Shown piece after piece: positions 39,939 to 53,130 of a stretch of 64,000 bases of DNA (position 1 is the first letter of the stretch; every line of letters begins with the position of its first letter). The stretch comes from Octopus sinensis. Its lineage: Eukaryota. The DNA is taken from positions 67,084,001-67,148,000 of the forward strand of contig NC_043005.1 of assembly GCF_006345805.1 (NCBI RefSeq), in the 5' to 3' direction. Made by a program: the position numbers and the translations under genes. The notes below the pieces were generated by a model. That model saw only the letters and a program-made list of their open reading frames with translations. It was not told where the DNA came from and did no database searches.

Positions 39939-40040
39939 GAGTGAGAGAGAAGCGCATGCCATCAAAGTGACACTGGGGTACAAATATAAAAGGCCTAATA
40001 TACCTATCATGGCTACCCGTCTGATAAGAGTACATCAGAC
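39939..40040 (-). mobile_element. Non-coding retroposon, 5'-truncated copy with 12-bp TSD
   Basis: Matches the first 100 bp of 26805; ATTAATATTATT at both 39927-39938 and 40041-40052. Confidence 0.8.
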
Positions 40041-40064
40041 ATTAATATTATTATTGTTATCCAA

Positions 40065-40250
40065 CCTAGCAAAATGCTTCACAGAATTTCATCTGAAATC
40101 ACATTCTAAGTTCAAATTCCACCGAAATCGACATAGCCTTTCATCGTTTCGAGGTCGACGAAATAAGGACCAATTACGCTCTGGGGTTGATATAATCGAC
40201 TACTACCCTCCCCCAAAATTTCAGCCCTTGTGCCTATAGTGGAATTGATT
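40065..40250 (+). mobile_element. SINE family 2 (degenerate)
   Basis: GTTCAAATTCCACCGAAATCGAC..GGTCGACGAAATAAGGACC..TAATCGACT..CCCAAAATTTCAGCCCTTGTGCC. Confidence 0.7.
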
Positions 40251-40267
40251 ATTCTTGTTGTTGTTCA

Positions 40268-40305
<38 letters not shown>

Positions 40306-41408
40306 AAAACTCATTTTCATTTATCAATTTATTTAAATTGGGAATGTGAATTTTTGTTTAAAAATTAGTCGTTTATTATGCACAAATACTCACACATACA
40401 GAAATATGTGAGTGCGTATAGATAAGTATAGCTATAACTATAGATATATATCTCAATGTATAAATTTTAGCGTAGATGGTATATAATTCTTCATAGTAGT
40501 GAAATGACCACCTCCAGGCGATTTTCTGCTCGTCAATTTATATTGTTTACATATTTGAGTCCCGTTTTATGTATGATTTTTTTTTCTAATATGTTACGTC
40601 TAATTCTCCTTTGGTTTGTTCATTCGTCAAATAGTATTAGATCAGTAAGTAATTTTAGAATAACGCCAAAACTTCCGAGACATTCAAACACATTTTGATA
40701 AAGATATATCAAACTTCTAATCTATAAGTATTTACTAGTTGGTGTAGACATTAATACGTTTTGTCTTTTAGTACAAGTTACATCCTCTGAGCTAATTAAT
40801 TAGCATCATTATTATAGTATAGATATTCTATAACTTACTGTAACAGTCATTCGTTTCTTTCAGTCTATTTTCTCTAATTAACATCATTCTCTAGTTAATT
40901 AATCGTTTATGAATTTACTTATTGATTATTTTGTTCTTATTTATTATTTTCTTCATTTTATTTATTACCTACGAACTCCAATTTTTTTCAGCTGACTGGT
41001 TGCAAATGTTTACATAAATATTGGTATGTGTTCGTTCAGCGACGTCTAGGTCCGCATTGTTTTCTTTACATGTAAGTATAAGCGCCTATATGTATATAGA
41101 TATACATACAGAGCAATATTTCTAGCTATGTAATATAAGGTGACTGGTATGTTAGAAGCACCTACATTGCAGGATATAAGAGCTAAAATACTCCAAAGTT
41201 GTAGTCAAAGCACATAATCGTATAGAAAACACAATTCAAGAATTCCTTATACTGAATGTAGTTTCGGCAATTTCAGCCGCCTCATCAGAATGGACTGGCT
41301 CTACTTCGGTAGTTTTCGGACTTAAATCTCTGTATATATGTTTTAATCATAGAAATTTATGGATGTTTTAGTAAATCGCTAGTGAGTATATATAAAATTG
41401 AAATCGAC

Positions 41409-41780
41409 AGCAGTTTGCAATATTTTACCATAAAGGAAAATTACGAATGTCACTAAATATGACTAGGGTGGTAGAAACACCTACATTGCTAGAAGTAAGA
41501 CCTAAAATGCTCTAAAGCTGCTGCCAAAGTGCATAATTCTATACATATACACTGACGGGGACTGTAATCGTCCAAAAGCACCATTCACTATAAGGAATTT
41601 TCGAAAGGTGTTTTTGGACGATTGTGGTCCCTGTCTATATATATGCATATAATTATGTGCTTTAACTACAGCATTAGAGCATTTTAGGTCTTACTTCTAG
41701 CAATGTAGGCGTTTCTAACAACCTCTTCATATTTATTGACAATAATAGTTTTCCTTTTCGGTACAACATTGCAAACTGCT
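41409..41780. repeat. Long palindrome / foldback-like element
   Basis: Arms 41409-41582 and 41607-41780 are reverse-complementary with scattered mismatches; 24-nt spacer. Confidence 0.85.
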
Positions 41781-42384
41781 TTCTCGCGCCATTTCCGCTC
41801 TACCGGTCACTCGTTGCAACACCTGTCCGTGTTCGGACTGTCCTTGCATAGGGGCCATCCGGACTCCCGCTTGCGCCGTGAACAGAGATTAATATTCTCT
41901 CTTCACTCCTTTGCGTCCAATGGGCTCAACTCTCCTCCCCTCGCCTCTCTCTCCCTCACACCTACATCCTCCCACCCACGTCTTCTCTCTTACATAGACT
42001 CCTACTTCTTCCTTTCACTTCACTCCTACCCACCTTTTCTTCTCTTTATTCCTACCTACCTTCCCCTTCCTCCCTTCATCGTCACCCCTCCCTCGTAAGC
42101 CCACCCGACCCCTACACATTGAAACCCCACCTTCCCTATTCTTCCTCAGCCCACGCCACCTCACCCCTTACACCAACGCCTGCATCCCCACCTTTACCCT
42201 CACCCTCCGCCTACTCACACCCAACCTCTACCCCCACCCTCAGCCTAACCCACACCCCATTTTTCTTTCCCCATTCCCGCTTCCCCCACCTCCCAATACC
42301 ATCACATCACACCACATACCACTACACCTTACACCACCATACCACACTATACATCACATCGCAACACACGACCACGCACACATC

Positions 42385-42584
42385 CGGGTTGCGGATCCGT
42401 GGAATAAGCTGCCGGACGAGATAGTGAAGATGCCGACGACCGCTCGGTTCAAAGTCTCCCTTGACCACAAATGGCTTGAACTCTTTGCATGAACACCAGC
42501 CTGTACATAACTCCATGTCCCCCTACATGGCCTTGCGTTTTGCTTTTTGAGCCAAAGAATTAACTTAACTAACTTAACTTAACT
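42385..42584 (+). mobile_element. CR1/L2-type LINE 3' end
   Basis: RVADPWNKLPDEIVKMPTTARFKVSLDHKWLELFA* matches the CR1 C-terminal RV..WN.LP..V....F..LD pattern; (TTAAC)n tail. Confidence 0.75.
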
Positions 42585-42699
42585 AGCACTGACCACTTCC
42601 CAGACCAACATTTTCACACCTACACACACGCACACGTCAAGATCACAAGCCCTCTTCTGCACGCACTTACAACTCTCTTATACACAAGCACACAGATAT

Positions 42700-42880
42700 A
42701 TAAGGGAAATATGACAAGGTAGAAAATGCTAAAATAATTTTATCATGAAGAACATTTTAGTACCGGTTTCAGTCTCTGCGACTTTTTCAACTTCGAGTAA
42801 AACATGAAATACATTAAACTGTGGAAAAATTAAACGAAATGTTTTTTAAAAATATTTCCATACTTTTCAAATACAAGGGA
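42700..42880 (-). mobile_element. Possible Penelope terminal-repeat fragment with degenerate hammerhead-like motif (42761-42792)
   Basis: Sense strand TTGAAAAA-GTC-GCAGA-GAC-TGAAACCGGTA with palindromic ACCGGT; the core deviates from canonical. Confidence 0.3.
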
Positions 42881-42893
42881 CATTTTACGTTTT

Positions 42894-42928
<35 letters not shown>

Positions 42929-43101
42929 GTTTCAATTTTGTGAAGGCTCGGTAGTAGGCAGTAAGTAGGGTGAAGAGGAAGGGGAAGGGGAAGTAGAGAA
43001 AGAAGAAGAAGAAGAAGTATAGAAAGAAGAAGAAGAAGAAGAAGAAGATCAAGAACAAGAACAAGAGGGAGTAGGAAAAGAAGAGAAAGAATAATATATA
43101 C

Positions 43102-43179
<78 letters not shown>

Positions 43180-43289
43180 GCATATATACACATGCATGTA
43201 TAATTAAGTATATCTGTAAGCATGTGTCAAAAATTTTTGGGACTTTCACAGAATGTTCTTTGGCAACTTGCATCTCCATATCGCATCAT

Positions 43290-43560
43290 TAATGTATTAC
43301 TTCTTGTTGCCCAATAATTGCTGAATTGGTTATTCTTTGTTTTCGTGCACAACATCGTAAATATATATTCCTATTTATTCTTTATTTTACAGCTTTAATA
43401 AGTGGTGAAAACAATTTGGTATTTGAGCCATATGAAAAGAGGATTGAGTGTGAGGACAGCGAAATAGAAATTAATGATTTGGAAGCTCCACGAGTTATCA
43501 ACGAACGTGTGGCCCAAAACTTATTCAGGTGCTTTGAGGAAGGTCACACCAGTCTCGAAG
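43290..43560 (+). pseudogene. Mariner transposase N-terminal relic
   Basis: INDLEAPRVINERVAQNLFRCFEEGHTSLE resembles the mariner helix-turn-helix segment (ERTAQRWF..F..G..SLED). Confidence 0.4.
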
Positions 43561-43814
43561 TACATTGTTCGAAGGACGTAGGCCTTAACAAAGTACAATC
43601 AGACGACATCTCCTTACGCTCGATCTCGTGAATAGACGCTGTCTAGGAGTTCCTCGTTAACTGAGAAATGACCTGTCTCAACGACGTGTGAACGTTTGCT
43701 CTCAACTGCTGACAAATTCTTGAGATGTCTGGTTTTAGAGTCGAATTGTAGCTGGGTATGAGAAATCGATGTAATTTTCGTAAACCAGTAAATAGAAAAA
43801 TGTGTCGGAAAATC

Positions 43815-45245
43815 TTATCTAGGGTCAGAGCGTTCTGAAGAACGTTAGCCTGATAGTTATTTTGTGAGCAAGCTTTGATCTTGTACCGCATAGCTTCTAA
43901 ACTTCTCAGCCACTGATGGGTTTTTGCTTGATCTACATTAGCATTTCGACTTTGAAGTCTATGCTGTCCATGCAGAGGCTTGTGACTCCATCGCTCCTCT
44001 ATTCGTTTCTGCTTGTTCTCTTTTAAAGTCTGCTTGATCCATTTTGCTTTCTTTGTATCATTGGTTTCAGGTTCTTCAACTATTTCAGGGCTAATGCCAA
44101 GTTCCCTTGCGAATTTGAAAGCTTCCTTGACAATCAAATGTGATTATTTGCTTCTTTCGTGTTTCAATATATGTTGCATCGTCCAGTCCCCTGTACTAGA
44201 TAAGTAACTGTTCATTGCTATTGTGAAGCTCTTATAATACAGTTCTACCTTCATCATTCCTCTTCCGCCATTACTTCCAGGTAGATACAGACGATCAACA
44301 TCTGCTTTTGGGTAGTGCATGTTCATGAAGTTAGCATTTTCCTTGTCTTCCTGTCCAGGCGTTGAAGCTCTATAAGATTACAGTTTATGTTGTTGAAACT
44401 ATATTGGACTACTGGAAGAGCCATGGTATTAGGCTTCGATGCGATTTTTAGAGTTGAGTTCAGCTTTTGGTATGAGTCTTATTCTGTTATATTCCTTTCT
44501 TATTTTTTCCTTTATGGTAGCATGTTGTATACCATCTTCACAGTTTATTCCCAGGTATCTGTAATTTTCTCTTGGGTCAAGCTCTTTGATGTTATTGTCG
44601 GTATCTAATTTAATTCAAATATATTTGCCTGAGACAAATAAATTTGCCGTTTGTAAGAGGCAAGCGCCTCTTTCAAAAGTTGCTTTAGCACACTTATCAA
44701 GACCAAAATCCACCCCAATGTCATGCTACCGTGTAAGAATATTTGGAGATGATAGGAGAGATCTTATATATCTCAAAGGTCATGAGTAGCCAATTATGTG
44801 GGTCACTATCAAACGCTCTCCTGTAGACTATTAATGCCATACCCCAGTTTTTCTTTTTGCTCCAGCAATTCTCTACAACTACTTTTCTATATAAAAGAGA
44901 TGGTCTATTGTCGTATTGTAAACTTTGAACCCGTGCCTGGTGTTATGTAGCTCGTTTCAGAGTGGAATCAGTGCCATGCAAAAGAGTAATGGGGAGAGGG
45001 AATCACCTTGAAAGATGCCTCGTTTGATGTTGATGTTGTTAGTTTGGCTGATACCATTACTATGGTTTAGAAGGAAACCTGCATTCCACTTGGCCATACT
45101 ACCTTGTAAGACTTTGGAGATGACAGGAGAGATCTTATATATCTCAAGGGCCTTGAGTATCCAATTATGTGAGATACTATCAAACACTTTCCTGTCGTCT
45201 ACCCATGCCATACTCAGGGTTTTCATTTTGCTATACCTGGACACT
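43815..45245 (-). mobile_element. R4/Dong-like LINE internal fragment with rearranged RT
   Basis: AWVDDRKVFDSISH, GIFQGDSLSPLLF, DHLFY, then a duplicated RT segment, FGLDKCAKA, MHYPKADVDRLYLP, HKPLHG..THQWL. Confidence 0.85.
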
Positions 45246-45498
45246 TAATAGAACCAGCTTTTACAAACACCTCACGCTGAGTATTGAATACGTCGTCTTA
45301 TAGAAAGGCCTAGAGATGTTCACTCAATGCAGTCAATGTGGTGACGATGCAGAGAAGATAAGGTGTAAACAGTCGACTTGTTCGCCATCATTGCTAAGCA
45401 ATTATAAGTGGTTGAAATAACTCAATGGCACTTGCAAACGAACAACTTATTGCGTTTTAGTGTGTGTAAATTTATTTCTGTATTTAGCCTATGCTACG

Positions 45499-45539
<41 letters not shown>

Positions 45540-45839
45540 AAGAGAGAGAGATACCATTTTGCGCATGTATACATGTGATACATACATTGTTAATGCATAT
45601 ATACATATATTTATCTGAATAAGTATATGCTGTGTCTACATATGAATGATATATAATTCATTGTACATTAAATAAAACTTTAAGAAATATTTAAAATTTT
45701 AAACTCATATTGTATTATATATATTATATATTTTGAAATATTATATATAGGTACATGGATAAATGTGTGTGTGTGTGTGTCCGTGCGTTCGTGCGTGTAT
45801 AGTATGTATATGTGCGTATACGTGCATGAGGGCGTGTAT

Positions 45840-45962
45840 GTGTTTCAAAAGAGAATATTTTCACGATATTACCCGGAAAAATATTTCCAGCTTTATACAT
45901 GCAGTATAAAGCTAGAAATATTTATCCGCGTAATATCGTGAAAATATTCTCTTTTGAAACAC
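45840..45962. repeat. Near-perfect hairpin (59-bp arms, 5-nt loop)
   Basis: 45840-45898 pairs with 45904-45962 with three mismatches; loop ATGCA. Confidence 0.9.
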
Positions 45963-46814
45963 TTATGTAATTTTGTAGCTCCGAATAAAAAGTATGCATT
46001 GTGTTTTGTATTAAAATAGTTATCCCTCCGCATACGCACAAATACATTGATATGAATATATATAAACATACACACTCAGATATGCATTCTTACGCGCCTC
46101 TGTATGTGTGTGTGTCTGTCTGTGTCTGTGTCTGTGTGTGTGCATGTGCGCGTGTTAGAATGTTGGTATTAAGGATTATTATAGCAATTTACACTACAAA
46201 ATAACAGTTATTTAATAATTGTTCAACTTCCATCCGTATTATTTTTGCTTCAGTATATGATTTGCGTGAATTAATTCCATTACATCTGCTCTAGTGTCGT
46301 AAATTAGGTGTTGAATAGTGGCTGTGAATCGTTTCTGGAGTGCAGTGAAATTGCTTTGTTTAGTGCAGGAGACAAACTAAATTAATATTAGTCTTATTGC
46401 ATAAGACATCCCATCAACTTGATGACCTTAGAACGCATCGTTTCAGACAATACAGGAATTTTAAAACATTACATGCAATGAAAATTACACGATATATACA
46501 TATATGTATATATACATATATGCACGATATATACATATATGAATATATACATACATAAAAACATAAGCAGGACACTGGCAGTTATATAATATACTGGAGT
46601 TTTGAGAATATTGCGTGCATGTCCAGACTTCATGCATACGAGAACATTAAGGAGCTTAAGCAGGTAAGAATTTATAATCGTGTTTCAATAGCCGTAGAAA
46701 TATGCAACAACATTACCGTTCCGTAAATGAAAGCTCACACAATATCTGTTCGTAAATTCATAACAAGGATATTAAGGTTGGCAGCAAGTTGATTCTAACA
46801 CAGTTGCCAATATA

Positions 46815-46865
<51 letters not shown>

Positions 46866-46946
46866 GAAATGTATCCTTATACACACACACATACATATAA
46901 CACACATATGCACACACACACACACACACACCACACACACACACAC

Positions 46947-47015
<69 letters not shown>

Positions 47016-47027
47016 TATATATATATA

Positions 47028-47180
47028 CGACCTGCTTATTTCAGTTGCCGCCGACCAGATCCACTCACAAAGCTTTGGTCGGCTCAAGGCTATAGTAGAA
47101 GACATTTGCCCAAGGTGCCACGCAGTGGGACAGGACCCAGAACCATGTGGTTGGGAAGCAAGCTACTTACCACGAAGCCA
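47028..47180 (-). mobile_element. SINE family 1 head
   Basis: Reverse complement of the head at 52619. Confidence 0.8.
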
Positions 47181-47194
47181 ACCACGAGGGTCAC

Positions 47195-47282
47195 AGATGA
47201 TCCGATCAAGGGAACAGCCTGCTCTTTACGTTAACGTGCAAGTGGCTGAGCACTCCACAGACACGTATACCTGTAACGTATA
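47195..47282 (-). mobile_element. SINE tail type B fragment
   Basis: Reverse complement of about 25148-25235. Confidence 0.6.
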
Positions 47283-47317
47283 ACTAGATATGAGTGAGAT
47301 TCAGCATGACAGAGTGT

Positions 47318-47800
47318 GACATATTTTCTTCTCCGACTGTCCGTCGTTGGTCCACGTTGACTGTCCTTGCTCAGTAATCATCTCTAGCAGGCTCGCATGT
47401 GAACTCAAAGCCTGCACTTGATCTGCAGCAACGGTGACATCTTTTGCATGTGAAGTTATTTGGCGCAATAGAGAAGTGACACATCTCGTATACACTTTCG
47501 TATTCTCTCCGCTGGAATTACGGACCTCAGAAATTGGTGCAATTAATCGTGACGCAGAGCCTTCTCTTTCCAGATGTTTGGGGAGATGCCGAAGAACTTC
47601 ATATATGTATATATATTGAGAACTTCCCTATATCGCAATCATTGACCGCCACAGCACTGCCTGCCCAGCCGCGGTTCAGCATAGAAAAAACTTTTTATGT
47701 TCTGTCGCCCATCATCCAGCAAACATATCCTGTCCATTGGAGCTGCGATGGGCTGAAAGACCTCCACATTTACTGCACCAGCGCTGCGTTGGACCTCTAC
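47318..47800 (-). mobile_element. RTE-clade LINE 3' fragment
   Basis: With frameshifts: WTGYV..FYAEPRLGRQCCGGQ.LRYRE..MKFFGISPNIWKEKA..FTCKRCHRCCRSSAGLSSH..C (RTE terminal Cys/His motif); tail ACGACGGACAGTCGGAGAAGAA. Confidence 0.65.
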
Positions 47801-47803
47801 ATC

Positions 47804-47834
<31 letters not shown>

Positions 47835-50800
47835 CATGTATGTATGTATGTATGTATGTATTATGTATGTATGTATGTATGTATGTATATATGTATGTAT
47901 GAATGATTTTAAATATACATACATGCAGGTCTGTGTATCTATCTATCTATCTATACATATATATATATATGTGTGTGTATGTGTGTGTGCATATATATAT
48001 ATAATATATATATATATATATTATATATATATATTTATATGTGTACATGCAAGTATATATATATATGTGTGTACGTGTGTGTATGTATGTCTATATATAT
48101 ATATATATATATATACACACGCACATACACTTATACACATACATATATGCGCGTGTAAGCATATGTATACTTGTGTCTGGCTTTTCCTTTATATCGAAAA
48201 TGATACTTAAGTTTTATAATATGACAGCAGAGTGGAAGTTTTTTAAAGACTATTATTATTTGAAAATGACGAAGTGTTCTGACAACTGAAATATTAAAGA
48301 ACTAATCTGGAGATGGAAAATTTAAGTGCTGCCTTAATATTCTTTTACTTTAATATTCTTTATCCAGTACAACGTTTTGACACTAATAAATTTAATGTGC
48401 CTTGATTATTCACCTGGCTTTTAGGAGTAAAATTAACACACCTCTTGTTGCGTTTACACAAAATTCAAAAATTACTTCCATCTGCGAGGTCTGAAAATGT
48501 AATTAGAGATTTTGTAATATCGGTACATTTATTTTTATTTATGCTGATTTTTTTCTTTTTGCATTTCATAAGTTCTGCTTGTAGCTGGACGAATTATTTC
48601 ATTTAAGACAGCATATGTCTAAGCTTCTCTTTTAAATCCAAATAGTGCAAAACAAACGTTTTATGTAACAAAAAGAGAAAGCTACTTCTTTATCCTTGAG
48701 GTCCAACGGTTTAGTTTCCAGAAAGATGTTAACCTCTTCATAATCCTAATAATAATCCAGAGTCAACCATGTCTTATTTTGAATATGATCAAAGAGAAGT
48801 ACCGATAAAAATATGACCAAAATATATTTTGTATTGACTCTCCTATTCCTTTACTTACAAGGTATCTTTCTGACTGGAGTATGATTTTAAATTCCACGTA
48901 CTATACATATTTTAGCCACAATAAATAAATTAATTAAATTTTAAAATAAGCAGTACGTTAAAATTTTACCAGTTATTGCGCCAGTTGCCACTGCAACAGC
49001 AAAATGATCGCAGTGCAAATTCAAACACAAATATTGTTGAGAGGACAGTGAAATATGAGAGTATACTTCCAGTTATCTAGTGTAAATTGTCTATGTCTAT
49101 GATCATCAACAAGTTTATTTTTCAACTTAAAATAAATTCGAGTAAATCTTCGTGATAATAACACCTACTTCGTATTATTCGTCAAATTTGGGAAGTCTTT
49201 TGACATTTTGGAATGAGAAAGCTTTTTCAAGATAAGTCTTTCCAAATTAGATGGATTTCTGTTTAAATTTATGATTACTGTATTAAAAGAGGACGAAAGC
49301 GTAAATGGAAAACATTTAATCCCGACAGTGCGAACAGAAATACTGCTTCTTCAGTTTCCTAGTGATATATCTTTTTAGATCGAGGGCACTCTTTGTAGAT
49401 TGCAGAGCATACACATAGTCTTAATCCAGCCTTTAACTTTCGACAATCATCTCGCATTCATTTCCCATGTTCACTTATTTATCTGATTGTTTCTTGAATG
49501 TAAAAGAAACAATAATTTTTATCAACACTACATTCATGAAAAGCATAAAAATTCATTTTTTTCTTATAGATTTAAGAAAAAAATACACCAACGGATGTTT
49601 TATTCACTTTCAGCAACATAACCAAGGAGATGCTGTTACGATACTAAAGTTATCCTTTACATAACGCAAGACTTAAAATGAATAGAGAGGCAGTATACAT
49701 GAACATTTATCAAGTATGTGAAATGCAATATATCGCCTTTTACCGAAACCATGCTGTTGGACTAGTTTCTGCTACTCTATATGAGTTTACTTCTAGTCGA
49801 AGGTGCTTTCAATAAGATATTCCTAACTTTTATTCGAGTGTTGGTATTTTATGTTTAGGTACTGCTCTTTAGATTTTGATGGGATCACAAATGAGATGAT
49901 GTGACAAAGGCAAACTCTATGGTAATTCCCCCATTAGCCATCATTGAGATGCCAATAATTGAAGTTATTTCAACCAAGACCATCCTCTATTTTATTCAGA
50001 AATAATCTGAGCTACTAATATTCTGTGCCCTCCATCTTAAAAAGTGATTTGGTGAAGCAATTGTTGCTATTTCTATCAGGCTCAACAACTACGTAGCTGT
50101 CATGTGTTTTGTCATTAGATGTTGAAGAGGAGAAATTAATAGTTCCAGAAGCATTCTGTCAAATACTGTTGAGAAATTGACAAAATATAAAATTACCCAA
50201 GTCTATTTCACACTCAAATTGTATCACAAAATAATATTAGACAATCTTTAGCTTTGTAGGGTAATTAGCGGATTTATCAGTAAACATTTCAGTCATTGAT
50301 TTCCTGTGTTCCTTATCAATGTTTAGAAACATATCCTGAACTAAAATCCATGATTTTCCTTTTGGATGCAAATAGATATTTCAGGAAGTTTACAGAAGAA
50401 ATCATGTTTACATATCACTTATAGCCATTCACTTAGCAACTTTACATAAGGCAAGTTTGTGTGCATGACACAAATGATGACATCCAGGCGATAGTTTCTC
50501 TAATTATCCTATGATAATCAATATAGATAACGGTTATTATAAGTGTGAACACGCAAAACTTCACAACAATATATCGGGCGATAGGAGTATATACGGTGCT
50601 TGCCACTTTCGTTTTGTCTCACCTTACATTGTCTCCTACTATATCTATATGTTGTGTGTATTCACGCACAGACACAGACACACACACGCACACACACATA
50701 TGTACTTGTATTAGTAAATGCCTATATGTATTAGACATAAAAGAAAGGATATATACATGTATACATACATATATTTAGAAAGGTGTGTATTAACACATAG

Positions 50801-52104
50801 ATACACGCACACATCGTACACACACACATATGTATATATGAATATATACACATATATAGAAATGTATGTAAATGAACGTATAGAGAGAAAGAGAGAGAGA
50901 AAGAGAGGGAGAGAAGGAGGGATGGAGAGAGAGATTAGATTAGATTAGAAAATACTGTGAAGAAATAGTTGCAAGCGTGAACGTTCAAAGTGACTCGGTG
51001 TAGATCGGTATAAATCCGCAAAAATCATATTTAAGTTCGTAGAGTTGAAAAAAATTTCGAGAAGCTTTTCGCTTTGATTCAATCAGCATAGGTAGGTAAC
51101 GTTCAAAGTGTCACTACTTAAAATCTTGCAGGTGATAGGTGGGAAAGTGTAAGAATAATTTAGGTGCACTTTAGAGGTAAGCCTTTATATTTTGCCGACG
51201 TACACAGAAGATAGATTGCTGCAATATTCTCTATATATTGCAACACAGTATAAGTGATCTAAGTGACTTATCCCAACGTCAGAAGATATGTGTAAGAGCG
51301 AAAATTGAAGAAGTATAAATAGAAATGTAATTTGATATGTCAAATATCATAGCCTTAATGAGATTTGAAGGAGTTAGGGCTTGGGTGAATAAAGAGAATA
51401 ATGGCGTCAATGGTATAGGCGTAATGCTGATATAGTGGACGGTCAATTTGGATGGTCAGTCTGCACGAAAATGGTGGGATTAAGTAGAGTAAGTGATAAA
51501 AGAAGGATGTGGAAAGAGTTAAGGTTTTGCATTAAGGCACCCTGCTAGCTAATGTACGCAGATCTGTCTAGTATCAAGTGGCAAGAAGAGGAAAGCAATA
51601 AATTATATAGAGACATTAAAAGGATGTGAAGATCGAATACAGAAACGTCGATCTGGTAGGGATAGCGGTGCGTAAGATTCCAGTATTAACGCAACGACTA
51701 AATTTAATATATGTAATTACTTAATAAGAATACGTGAAAGACCAATACAATGTATAATCAAAGATATGAAGGTAGGAAAAGATAGAGAACTTAGAAACTC
51801 CATTAAGTAAATTGATAATAAAGAGGTAGCTGTATTTGCGGCAGAACATGCCGACATATGGGAAGATTAGGATCGATCAACGCAGATGCTTACCGCCACA
51901 ATTTGGATGTTCAAAAGGCAATGGGGATTATACTCTAAGATCTCGATGCAGTCTTTGCTACAAAGATCTAACGCAATAACGGATGTTATTATTTTGGAAC
52001 CGGTGTATGTGATTACTCAGTGAGGTAGAAGTTTTGGGTTTTGTAGCCGCAAACAATGTGAGATGTAATAAAATCGAAGATTACGATTAACCGAAGAGCC
52101 TATA

Positions 52105-52153
<49 letters not shown>

Positions 52154-52618
52154 CTGGATTTCTGCTGTTTATTTTATAATGTGCACTGCGTAACATATTA
52201 TAACACAGATATAATATAGTGTATACACAAATTTATATCTTCAGTAGCGGGCATTCAGAAGGCAATTATCAGGAATCTTTATATTGCATTGCCTTCGATC
52301 AGATGGTGTTCCGTGATCTCAGTTAGTTTTTGTCATTTTTATTATGAATTATATCGATAGTTAAACTACTACTAATGTAACACGAGTGAAATCTATTAAT
52401 CAAATTGTGCTTAATGTGTTCTTACTACTGGGACTACTGACCCAGCCAGTGTTAACATACCTATCATTATAGATCAGAGTCTCTCTTCTCCCAGGTATGG
52501 TTGCTACGATTTAAGTAGAATGGTTACTACTTTAATGCTACCATTAATGATAATCCAAACAGTATTAAAATAATTACTGCTTTCCGATCACTACGTCTGG
52601 TTATTATTTATAGAAATA

Positions 52619-52960
52619 GGCGCAGCAGTGGCTGTGTAGTAAGGAGCTTGCTTACCAACCACATAGTTCCAGGTCCAGTCCCAATGCGTGGTACCTTGGG
52701 TAAGTGTCTTCTACTATAGCCTCGAGCCGACCAAAGCTTTGTGAGTGGATTTGGTAGACGGTAACTGAAAGAAGCCTGTCGTATATATGTATATGTATAT
52801 GTGTGTGTGTGTGTTTGTGTACGTGTGTTTGTCCCCCCAACATCACCGATAAAATAAGTACTTGGCTTACAAAGAATAAGTCCTGGAATCGATTTGCTCG
52901 ACTTAAGGCGGTGCTCCAGTATAGCCGCAGTCAAATGACTGAAACAAGTAAAGAGTATAG
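52619..52960 (+). mobile_element. SINE family 1, essentially complete
   Basis: tRNA-like head GGCGCAGCAGTGGCTGTGTAGTAAG..GGTCCAGTCCC, internal (AT)(GT) microsatellite, tail GGCGGTGCTCCAGTATAGCCGCAGTCAAATGACTGAAAC. Confidence 0.85.
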
Positions 52961-52977
52961 AGTGAGTAAATATAAGA

Positions 52978-53130
52978 TGGTGAGCTGGTAGAATCGTTGG
53001 CACACCGGGCAAAATGTGAAACGGCATTTCATCTATCTTTGTGTTCTTAGTTCAGATTTCTTTTGGAGTCGATGCAAATTACCCACCCGCTCCCATCACA
53101 ATTGCTGACCTTGTACCAAAATCTGAAGTC
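52978..53130 (+). mobile_element. SINE family 2 (internally deleted)
   Basis: GAGCTGGTAGAATCGTTGGCACACCGGGCAAAATG..GCTGACCTTGTACCAAAATCTGAA. Confidence 0.65.

Noticed and set aside
43326-43631. 101-aa ORF as a host gene
   Set aside because: Only a short part resembles a mariner HTH; the rest has no recognisable motif.
46571-46663. Possible 93-nt exon (DTGSYIIYWSFENIACMSRLHAYENIKELKQ) with strong donor CAG|GTAAGA
   Set aside because: The acceptor is weak and A-rich, there are no partner exons nearby and no homology was recognised.
48550-50450. Minus-strand stretches that read as protein-like between stops
   Set aside because: Frequent stops, no diagnostic motif and no long ORF; needs a translated search.
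51050-52080. Purine-rich region with faint RT-like words (LDVQKA, VAVFA)
   Set aside because: The motifs are out of order and too degenerate to support a call.
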